In this document: positions 27,119-35,392 of the stretch, piece after piece
Position numbering within the stretch: position 1 is the stretch's first letter
Layout: each line of letters opens with the position of its first letter
Assembly (NCBI GenBank): GCA_002716765.1
Contig: PBBY01000004.1
Coordinates: 1-54,625 of the forward strand
Length of the DNA stretch: 54,625 nucleotides
Direction: 5' to 3'
Source: Candidatus Magasanikiibacteriota bacterium
GTDB lineage: Bacteria; Patescibacteriota; Patescibacteriia; Magasanikbacterales; UBA922
Position numbers and translations under genes: made by a program
Notes under the pieces: generated by a model
Told to the model about the DNA's origin: nothing
The model's input: the letters and a program-made list of their open reading frames with translations, nothing else
Database searches by the model: none

Positions 27119-27559
27119 TTAAAATGGTATATCTTCTACTTTAATTTCGTCTGTGCCAACGTCTGGGGTTTGTGGACCTGGATCGATTGGTGTAGGAGGA
27201 TTATCTTGGGATGGTGCGACTCCGGAACCTTTTGGTCCATCGAGCATAATGAGGTTGTCTACGACTATTTCTGTTCGGTATCGTTTTGAACCATCTTGTG
27301 CGTCCCAGCTTCGTGTTTCAATTCTGCCTTCTATATATACTCGTCTTCCTTTAGAGAGATATTGTCCGGCAATGTCTGCGAGCTTTCCCCACAAAACACA
27401 ATTGTGGAACTCTGTTCGTTCTTGTTTTACCCCACTTTGATCGGTCCAAATTCTTCCGGTTGCAACGGCAAATGAAGCAACATTTCGACCATTTGGTGTG
27501 GTACGAACTTCTGGGTCTCTGGTAAGGCGTCCAAGTATTGATGCGCGATTAAGGTCCAT
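27119..27559 (-). CDS. ssb: Single-stranded DNA-binding protein
   Basis: LN...LGRLTRDPE.R; C-terminal EDIPF. Confidence 0.97.
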   Translation of the reverse strand: MDLNRASILGRLTRDPEVRTTPNGRNVASFAVATGRIWTDQSGVKQERTEFHNCVLWGKLADIAGQYLSKGRRVYIEGRIETRSWDAQDGSKRYRTEIVVDNLIMLDGPKGSGVAPSQDNPPTPIDPGPQTPDVGTDEIKVEDIPF

Positions 27560-27585
27560 AGAATAAAACTATTAGATAGATAAAA

Positions 27586-28149
27586 TTAAATGTCAGCGAT
27601 GTCTTTTTCTAGAATTTCATCTAGTTTTTTATTAATATCTTCTATGTCTTTTTCTTCTTGTGGAGCAACGTCTTCTTCTGGTGTCGATACTTCCTTTTTT
27701 GTTTCAGGTGCTTTTTCTGTTTTTTCCTGTTTTACTTCTTCTTTGACTACGTTTTTCTTTTCTGGTTTAACTGTATCTTCTTTTTCAGCCTTCTTTTGAG
27801 AAAATTTTTCACTCCTTTGCTTCATTTGTTGAATCTTTGCCTCTTTTTTATTATGCTCTTCTTCATTGTATACATGAAGCATGGTACGAAGTATGTCAGT
27901 TACAAGACGTAGTTTTTCTTTTATGGTTGCAACTTGCGTAGTTTCTGAACTGAATAGTATGGTGTAAAAATAACCATATCGAATGTGCTTCATTGGGTAG
28001 GCAAGTCGGCTTTTTCCCCCTTCTTTTGTTTTTATGTCTTCTGCACCATTTTCTTTCATGATGTCTAAGATTGACTGGATTTTTGCATTGCTTTCTTCTT
28101 CTGTAAGGGTTCCTGGTAAAATACAGAACAATTCATACATGTGTTTCAT
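27586..28149 (-). CDS. rpsF: 30S ribosomal protein S6 with long charged C-terminal extension
   Basis: YEL..I.P...G.SRLAYP....GY; rpsF-ssb-rpsR synteny. Confidence 0.95.
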   Translation of the reverse strand: MKHMYELFCILPGTLTEEESNAKIQSILDIMKENGAEDIKTKEGGKSRLAYPMKHIRYGYFYTILFSSETTQVATIKEKLRLVTDILRTMLHVYNEEEHNKKEAKIQQMKQRSEKFSQKKAEKEDTVKPEKKNVVKEEVKQEKTEKAPETKKEVSTPEEDVAPQEEKDIEDINKKLDEILEKDIADI

Positions 28150-28352
28150 AGTCAGTTTGAATTATACATTATTATGTATTGTATTATAATATATGAGTAT
28201 ATTTGTGCGCATACTATACCAATTCTTATTTTTTTTGTCAAGACGCCAAAAAGGGTTTGTTTTGTATAATCTTGTGCTATGGTATACTGTATCATATATT
28301 ATACCCCAAGAGTAGTATAAAACTCTTCTTTTTGTGTATAATAGTCAATTAT

Positions 28353-29024
28353 ATGCATATTTCAAGCAAAATACAAGGTGGCATTGTATTATTGAGCACC
28401 TTTTTCCTTTTTGGTGCCACAACACCATTAACTAGTCAGATAAGTGGTGGGGATTACACTATTTATGCTGATTCTTTTGGTTTTGCCGAAAACACTTCAG
28501 TTTCTGGTGGGGATGTTACTCTTTATCACACAGGAGGAGAATTTGGTGTGGCGTCATCCACTGGTGGTACATTTGTATTACGGCCTGGATATCAGGCATT
28601 AGAACGAGGTACTATTTCATTTTCCTCTAAAAATGGCGAAAATGCTGTGGCATTTGGTCAAGCGCTTGATTCTGCGGTTTCTGCTAGCTCATTAGTTTTT
28701 TCTGTTACATCAGAATCATTATCTGGATATACTGTTACTGTAACAGAAGATGGAAACCTTCGTGATGGAGAAAATGATATAGATGATGTTGTCGATGGTG
28801 AAGTGACTGCAGGATCGGAAGAATATGGTATCCGAACCGTTGGTGGCGATGGTGATTTGGTGGCAGATACAGCTATTACCAATAATTTGGTAGTAATAAG
28901 TAATGATAACCCAGTAGAAAACCGTGAAACAACTGTAGAATTTCGTGTTGCAATAGATAATGACGTGACAGTCGAGGGGGATTATGCACACACCATAACA
29001 TTTACCGCGACCGCAAATCCATAA
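28353..29024 (+). CDS. Secreted WxL-like / beta-rich cell-surface protein
   Basis: Start at ATG 28353; signal peptide; GYTVTV..DGNL and C-terminal G.Y...ITFTAT strand reminiscent of WxL domains. Confidence 0.55.
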   Translation: MHISSKIQGGIVLLSTFFLFGATTPLTSQISGGDYTIYADSFGFAENTSVSGGDVTLYHTGGEFGVASSTGGTFVLRPGYQALERGTISFSSKNGENAVAFGQALDSAVSASSLVFSVTSESLSGYTVTVTEDGNLRDGENDIDDVVDGEVTAGSEEYGIRTVGGDGDLVADTAITNNLVVISNDNPVENRETTVEFRVAIDNDVTVEGDYAHTITFTATANP

Positions 29025-29027
29025 TAT

Positions 29028-29915
29028 ATGACTCGTATCCAGTATTATATTCTTATTTGTTTTGTGGCGGTGGTTTTTTTTTCTGATACCAAACAAAGTC
29101 ATGCGATCACTATTTCCCCATTACGTCATGCTATTGTTTTAGAAAAAGGAGAAGAAAGAACTGTCTCGCTTGCGGTATATAATGAAACGGCAGAGGTTGT
29201 GACTGTTGTACCAGAAGTAGATGCGTTTTCTATTCATCCAAAAACAGGGGTTGCCCAGTTTGGGGCACCAGACAAAGCTAAAACATGGATAAGTGCGGCA
29301 CAAAAAAACCAAACCATTGTACCGGGCGACCAAAAACAATTAGACTTTCTTATTCGTGTACCAAAAGACGCAAAAGCAGAATCACACCATATTGGATTAT
29401 TTGCAACACAGCCGTCTACTTTGGGTGCGGTAACGATCGGTTCTCGAACAGGTTCGTTATTATCACTACACATTGCCGGAGAGGTAGAAGAGTCTATAGC
29501 CTTACGTGATTTTTCTGTAGAAAAAAAATTGGTTACCACACCAAAAACAACTCTGTTTCTTCATCTTAATAATGCGGGGACAATTCACCTGGTACCAACT
29601 GGCGGTATTCGCCTAATAAACAGAAAAGGAGAGATATTGGAAGATATATCGATCAACCCAGAAGAAAGTAGTGTGTTAAACGGAGAGCAATTTGTTCGTA
29701 ACTATGCCACATCTCAGCTATCTGTTAAAGATGTGGGAAAAATACGCGTACAACTATATATGAAATATGGTATTACACACCGTGAAATGAGTCATGAAAT
29801 TGCCTTTTGGTATATACCAAAAATACTTTTTTATGGCGGTATTTTTTTTGGTATTAGTATATTAATAGGTATGGTTAGTGTGTGGTATAAAAAATTATTA
29901 TACGCCAATGACTAA
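29028..29915 (+). CDS. DUF916/DUF3324-like (WxL-interacting) membrane-anchored protein
   Basis: Signal peptide, ISP, W+, I.PG......F.I.VP.DA, N.G.IH..P.G, C-terminal TM. Confidence 0.65.
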   Translation: MTRIQYYILICFVAVVFFSDTKQSHAITISPLRHAIVLEKGEERTVSLAVYNETAEVVTVVPEVDAFSIHPKTGVAQFGAPDKAKTWISAAQKNQTIVPGDQKQLDFLIRVPKDAKAESHHIGLFATQPSTLGAVTIGSRTGSLLSLHIAGEVEESIALRDFSVEKKLVTTPKTTLFLHLNNAGTIHLVPTGGIRLINRKGEILEDISINPEESSVLNGEQFVRNYATSQLSVKDVGKIRVQLYMKYGITHREMSHEIAFWYIPKILFYGGIFFGISILIGMVSVWYKKLLYAND

Positions 29916-32900
29916 ACAGAAAAATAATTCACTTGGATTTATGTATGGATTTTTTTTCTCTGTATTTTTTGGTACATTTTTTTTGGGGCAAACTGTTTTT
30001 GGTTTTGCTGTAGACGTTACAACAAGTGTGACTTATGGTTGTGGTAATGGGGTAAAAGAAGCGGGAGAAGAATGTGAAGGAAATGATTTTGGTGGAAAAA
30101 ATTGTTTTAATAGAGGATTTAATGGTGGTACATTACAATGTATTAACTGTCGTATAGATACTAGTAATTGTGAGGTTGCGCCAGGTCAGGGTGCGCCAGC
30201 TGCACCACCTCAGCCACCAGACCCAGTTTGTGGAAATGAAATAGTGGAATTCGGAGAAGTATGTGACGATGGAAATGACATAGAAACTGATGCATGTCTT
30301 TCTACTTGTGTTGCTGCAGCATGTGGTGATGGATTTATTCAGGAAGGTGTTGAAGTATGTGACGATGGAAATGACATAGAAACTGACGCATGTCTTTCTA
30401 CTTGTGTTGCTGCAGCATGTGGTGATGGATTTATTCAGGAAGGTGTTGAGGCGTGCGATGATGGGAATATTGCCAATAATGATGGGTGTTCCAATATTTG
30501 CGAAGAAGAAGCGCCTGCGGTAAATTGTGGAAATCAAGAAATTGACGAAGGAGAGGAGTGTGATGACGGGAATATACTTCCAGGAGATGGTTGTGATATT
30601 GCTTGCATTGTTGAAGTCTGTGGTAATGGTGTTGTGCAAGCTGGCGAGGATTGTGACGATGCTAATCAGGATAATACCGATGCCTGTTTAAATAATTGTA
30701 CCGCTGCTTTTTGTGGTGACGGTATTGTTCATGCAGAAGTGGAAGCGTGCGATGATGGGAATATTGAGGATGGAGACGCATGTAATGCAGAATGTGAAAT
30801 TCCAGAAGTGGCGATTTGTGGAAATGGTATACAAGAAGCCGAAGAAGCTTGTGATGATGGAAATCAAAATAATGGAGATGTATGCACCAACTTATGTAGT
30901 GTGGCGGTGTGTGGCGATGGTTTGGTTCACGAAAACGTAGAGGCCTGTGATGATGGAAATCAAAATAATGAAGATGTTTGTACGAATCAATGTGTGATTG
31001 CGGTTTGTGGTGATGGTATTGTTCGTGCAGAAACAGAAGAGTGCGACGATGGAAATAATATTAACAATGATGGGTGTTCGGCGCAATGTACTAATGAAGT
31101 GGAGCCGGTTTGTGGTGATGGTATTTTGCAATTTTTAGAAGAGTGCGACGATGGTAATAATGACGATACAGATAATTGTACCAATAATTGTGCTTTTGCA
31201 ATTTGTGGAGACACCATTATTCGTGCTGGCGTGGAACAATGCGACGATGGTAATAATGACGATACCGATGTGTGCACCAATCAATGTTTGGTTGCAATTT
31301 GTGGTGACGGATCGGTGCATGTTGGTGTGGAGCAGTGTGATGATGGAAACGTGCAAGATAACGATGGTTGTTCTGCGCAATGTGTAAATGAGGTTCAGCC
31401 AGCATGTGGTGATGGTATTGTTCAACCCCCGGAAGAGTGTGATAGTAATTTGTTTGGTGGAAATAGTTGTATTACCAAAGGGTTTGTTGGAGGAGATTTG
31501 TTGTGTGATGCTGTGTGTAGAATCAAAACAGATAATTGTTTGCCAAGAGTCTTACGTGAACAAGATCCAGAAAATCCTATTATTGCACTAGAAGAACCAT
31601 TAGAAGAACCAGAAATTCCTCGTATTGGGTTAGGAAATATTATTATTACCATTGGAAATGGAAAAATTCGTGCAGGGACACAAGAGCGTCGTATTACGAC
31701 ATTGGTTGGCGATACCATTACATTTGCTGCCGAAAACAAACTTTTCGAGGATTTTGATATTACACGTATCACTATTGTTGGTAACGGACAAGCAAAAGAA
31801 TTACGTTTTCGCGCAGATAAAAATAGATATCTTATTACACACACCGTTGACCGGGTTGGAGAAACACCGCTTCAAATGATTGTAGAATATGGCGATGGTG
31901 AATCAATTCCAACCCCTTTTGCAGTTATTGGAGAAATGCGTGGTAGTATTAGCGACGAAAATGGTAACGGAATTGTTGGTGCAACTATTACGCTTATAGA
32001 TGAAAAAACTGACAATGAATGGAATGGGCAATTATATAATCAACAAAACCCGGCCGCAACACAAGCACCAAATGGAACCTATGGATTTATTGTTCCAAAT
32101 GGAAAGTACATCATGCGTATAGAAAAAGAAGGGTTTCACACAAAAGAAACATTTACGCTTCGCATTACTGATAATATTGTACAGCAGTCATTTACTTTGG
32201 TAGCATTATTACCGCCGCTACAAGAAGATATTGCAGAAATTTTGGCACAAGATATTCCTGCGGTTGCAAAAATAGGACAAGTTGCCGAAGTAATTACCAA
32301 AAAATTAGGAGAAAATACTAAACTTGCTGCACAGGCTGTAGTAGAAACAGCGCAACTTATAGATGAAATTGCCGACGACCCATTGGTAGAAGAAATTACC
32401 GAAGAAGTTGTTGTTCCGGCTGGTGGAAGTGCTGTTACGGTTGTAATGGCACCATCACTGTGGAACATTATTTTACCATTAACACGATTTTTATTTTTAC
32501 AACCACTGCTATTATTATCCAGAAGGAAAAAACGTGAATGGGGAATGGTCTATAATAGTTTAACAAAGCTACCTATAGATTTGGCTGTCGTTCGCATTAT
32601 TGATGCAAAAACAAAAAAAGTAAAACAATCTCGGGTAACCGATGGAAAAGGAAGGTTTTTGTTTATTGCCGAACCGGGGTCATATATTTTGGAGATTGCA
32701 AAAAGTGGTTTTTCGTTCCCTTCAACTATTTTACAAAATACGAAACAAGATGGTGCATTTGCCGAGGTGTATCATGGAGAACCAATTGTGGTGACAGAAG
32801 AAGGTGTTGGTGTCACGCCAAACATCCCACTTGATCCAGCTGGTGCAGAAAAAACACCAAAAAGAATTATTTGGGAAAAGCGTATGCGCATTGTACAGCA

Positions 32901-33414
32901 TGGATTTTCTTTGTCCGGAGTATTTTTTACGTCGATCTCGGTATATGTAACACCAACACCAACTGTTTTTGCTTTTCTTGGGTTACATATACTTCTGTAT
33001 TTTGGATTTGTCCATTTTGTTAAACCAAAAAAACCAAAAGGGTGGGGAATTATTTACGATACCAATTCCAAAGAACCGCTTTCACAAGCTGTTGTTCGGT
33101 TGTTTACCAAAGAATATAATAAATTGGTTTCTACGTTTGTTACAGACAGAAAAGGACGATACGCCTTTTTGGTTGGGCCAAGTACTTATTTTTTAACCAT
33201 GCAAAAAAAGGGATATACAAACGAATCAATTGATCCAATTGTGGTAAAAGCAAAAAAAGGTGAAGAGGGTATTATTAAAACAGATGCTGCATTACAAAAA
33301 GAAAATGGTAACAATGCGTCTACAAAACCTGCAGAAGCTCCAGAAAAATTACCAGTAGTACCGACAGAGGGTGAGTTAAAAATAGAAGAAGAGTTACCGC
33401 AAGAAAAAAAGTAG
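29908..33414 (+). CDS. Large surface protein: ~14 myxobacterial-type Cys-rich repeats (DUF4215-like), carboxypeptidase-regulatory-like domains and TM segments
   Basis: Repeats CG[DN]G.....E.CDDGN....D.C...C; ATG 29908 overlaps the upstream stop. Confidence 0.85.
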   Translation: MTKQKNNSLGFMYGFFFSVFFGTFFLGQTVFGFAVDVTTSVTYGCGNGVKEAGEECEGNDFGGKNCFNRGFNGGTLQCINCRIDTSNCEVAPGQGAPAAPPQPPDPVCGNEIVEFGEVCDDGNDIETDACLSTCVAAACGDGFIQEGVEVCDDGNDIETDACLSTCVAAACGDGFIQEGVEACDDGNIANNDGCSNICEEEAPAVNCGNQEIDEGEECDDGNILPGDGCDIACIVEVCGNGVVQAGEDCDDANQDNTDACLNNCTAAFCGDGIVHAEVEACDDGNIEDGDACNAECEIPEVAICGNGIQEAEEACDDGNQNNGDVCTNLCSVAVCGDGLVHENVEACDDGNQNNEDVCTNQCVIAVCGDGIVRAETEECDDGNNINNDGCSAQCTNEVEPVCGDGILQFLEECDDGNNDDTDNCTNNCAFAICGDTIIRAGVEQCDDGNNDDTDVCTNQCLVAICGDGSVHVGVEQCDDGNVQDNDGCSAQCVNEVQPACGDGIVQPPEECDSNLFGGNSCITKGFVGGDLLCDAVCRIKTDNCLPRVLREQDPENPIIALEEPLEEPEIPRIGLGNIIITIGNGKIRAGTQERRITTLVGDTITFAAENKLFEDFDITRITIVGNGQAKELRFRADKNRYLITHTVDRVGETPLQMIVEYGDGESIPTPFAVIGEMRGSISDENGNGIVGATITLIDEKTDNEWNGQLYNQQNPAATQAPNGTYGFIVPNGKYIMRIEKEGFHTKETFTLRITDNIVQQSFTLVALLPPLQEDIAEILAQDIPAVAKIGQVAEVITKKLGENTKLAAQAVVETAQLIDEIADDPLVEEITEEVVVPAGGSAVTVVMAPSLWNIILPLTRFLFLQPLLLLSRRKKREWGMVYNSLTKLPIDLAVVRIIDAKTKKVKQSRVTDGKGRFLFIAEPGSYILEIAKSGFSFPSTILQNTKQDGAFAEVYHGEPIVVTEEGVGVTPNIPLDPAGAEKTPKRIIWEKRMRIVQHGFSLSGVFFTSISVYVTPTPTVFAFLGLHILLYFGFVHFVKPKKPKGWGIIYDTNSKEPLSQAVVRLFTKEYNKLVSTFVTDRKGRYAFLVGPSTYFLTMQKKGYTNESIDPIVVKAKKGEEGIIKTDAALQKENGNNASTKPAEAPEKLPVVPTEGELKIEEELPQEKK
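30256..30449 (+). repeat. 96-bp tandem duplication (32 aa) inside the Cys-repeat gene
   Basis: Two copies, 1 mismatch. Confidence 0.9.
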
Positions 33415-33495
33415 AAGAATAATCAGAAAACCCTTTTAATTTATCATATAACAATGAAGAAGGTAAAACAAAAGAGGGGTAAAAAAATAGTCATG

Positions 33496-34398
33496 TTACC
33501 ACATGACTATTTTTTGTTTCCATGCTTCTTTGTAAATATAATATCGTTTGAGTAAAAAATATATTGGCCATTTTGAAACAAACAGTTGCATGTTTCTTTT
33601 TCCATTATATACAAAACGAAAAAAAAGAATGGGAAAAAGAATTGGAAAAAAAATAAGATAGATATATTCTTTTGGCTGAATTATTTTTTCAAAAAGAATT
33701 GGTGGAGAAAAAATAGTAAAGTGGTTTGGGTATTTCTTTTTTAGTATTGGCCAAACTGATGCATTTTTTGCCGAAGCAAAAAGTGTTTTACTTGTCCAAA
33801 AACTTTGTTGATGAAAACATAATGCTTGTGGTTCGTAAGAAAAAGAAAAGTCGTGTGCAACTGCGCGAATTGCCATTTCCGAATCTTCATTATGATATGC
33901 ATCAAACACCGAATCAAAACCACCAGCTTTTTCAAATACCTCTTTTTTGTATAAAATATTTCCTGCGCCAGGCCACCGTGAAATAGACACGATTTTTTCT
34001 GGAAAACGTGCGGTATTATTTTTTTGCATATAATGTGTTTTACCAAAAACAATGTCGCTTTGTGACAATCTTCCTGTTTTTGTTATACGGGAAAGCCAGT
34101 TTTTATCCACAACACAATCATCGTCGGTAAATGCAATAAGATTGTGTGTTGTGTTAGCAATGCCGGTATTTCTTGCGCAACTTATGCCACGATTTTTATT
34201 ATGATGAATAACACGGAATCGCTTCGTTTTTATCTGGCTTAGATAATACCTTGTATTATCTGTTGATCCATCATTAACCACAATAATCTCACATTTTTCT
34301 TTTGGATAGTGTAAATTGTGGAGCGATTGCAGGCATTTTTTCAGTTGTTTTTCTCTATTATACGTACAAATTACAATAGAACAGAAGGGAATTGGCAT
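33496..34398 (-). CDS. Glycosyltransferase family 2
   Basis: SIVICTYNR, VNDGSTD, ARNTG, FTDDDC, GGFD, ED. Confidence 0.92.
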   Translation of the reverse strand: MPIPFCSIVICTYNREKQLKKCLQSLHNLHYPKEKCEIIVVNDGSTDNTRYYLSQIKTKRFRVIHHNKNRGISCARNTGIANTTHNLIAFTDDDCVVDKNWLSRITKTGRLSQSDIVFGKTHYMQKNNTARFPEKIVSISRWPGAGNILYKKEVFEKAGGFDSVFDAYHNEDSEMAIRAVAHDFSFSYEPQALCFHQQSFWTSKTLFASAKNASVWPILKKKYPNHFTIFSPPILFEKIIQPKEYIYLIFFPILFPILFFRFVYNGKRNMQLFVSKWPIYFLLKRYYIYKEAWKQKIVMW

Positions 34399-34522
34399 AT
34401 GGTAGTTGTGTATTGTGTAGGTAGTGTATCACAAACTATTCGTGTTGTTGAGTCGGTAATCTTGACAAAAATTTGCATATATGATACGGTTTTTGTGTAC
34501 CCAATCTTTAAAGGAGGTTATT

Positions 34523-35083
34523 ATGGTACGATTAAAAAAAGTTAGTGTAGGCACAATTGTGTGGCTATATATTATTACAAAGGGGAAACCCTTCCGAGTT
34601 ACTACTGTGATATGGCGTGGGGATAAATATATTGATGCAAACTTTGGTCTGGTGTCCGAATATGTCGCAAACCAAGAAATTGAACACTTTCCTGTAACAA
34701 AGTCTGTGTCCTCTTTTAACAGGCTCATTAAAATTCTTGTCGCCGAAGGCACGCTCTCTGTCGTACGTAAAGTAAACGGTATAAGAGTAGGAAAAGTGTA
34801 CTCTTGGGAACTACCTAAACAAGAATTATTGGAGCGGCTGAAACTAGATAGAGAAAGTTGTGGCTTAGTGGATTCTTTGCTTAATAAAAAACCACAGAAA
34901 AAAGGTCCAAAAAACATTGATACACTAACACTTAATGAGCTAAATAATGAGCTTTCACAAAATGCGCAGAGAAGAGAGTTGTTAGAAGAGCGAAAAAGGG
35001 TTATTATGAGACAAATGATATTAGAAATCCTTCAGGATCAGCTTGATCTTACAGAACGCGAGGTAATTGAATATTTACGCTAA
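34523..35083 (+). CDS. Hypothetical protein, possible winged-helix plus coiled coil
   Basis: SD AAAGGAGG before ATG 34523; TTGACA promoter at 34462; SVSSFNRLIKILVAEGTL..RK...G.VY. Confidence 0.6.
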   Translation: MVRLKKVSVGTIVWLYIITKGKPFRVTTVIWRGDKYIDANFGLVSEYVANQEIEHFPVTKSVSSFNRLIKILVAEGTLSVVRKVNGIRVGKVYSWELPKQELLERLKLDRESCGLVDSLLNKKPQKKGPKNIDTLTLNELNNELSQNAQRRELLEERKRVIMRQMILEILQDQLDLTEREVIEYLR

Positions 35084-35197
35084 GTTAAGCGGCACTAGGT
35101 AAGAGGGGATTCACATAGCACGTAATAGTGCTTTTTTATTTACTTATTTTTGCTTTGTTGACTTTTACTCCTTTTGTGATACGATATATATACAATT

Positions 35198-35380
35198 ACA
35201 GAGACGTCATACCTGTTATCAGCAGGGAATTGCTTCTACAATACGTCGAAGAAAGAACAGTATATTATTACTTAGTAGACTCTTCCGGATAAGCCCGTAA
35301 ACGCCGTAATAAAGCGCCACGATGGAATCGAGATGGTACCGCCCAAATTTGGGTTCTCGAACTGTGTGGTTTTTTTATTT
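35198..35380 (+). ncRNA. T-box riboswitch (Ile) upstream of ileS
   Basis: AATCGAGA-TGGTACC-GC T-box; antiterminator CGAGA/TCTCG with GCCCA/TGGGT; GCCGTAA F-box-like; U-run; candidate ATC specifier at 35218-35220. Confidence 0.75.
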
Positions 35381-35392
35381 AATTCTATTTCT

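Noticed and set aside
34429-34917. 162-aa minus-strand ORF and the other antisense/nested ORFs in the track
   Set aside because: Shadows of better-supported genes on the opposite strand or frame
35333-35392. N-terminal extension of IleRS in the ORF track
   Set aside because: That ATG lies in the T-box; ATG 35393 gives a normal N-terminus
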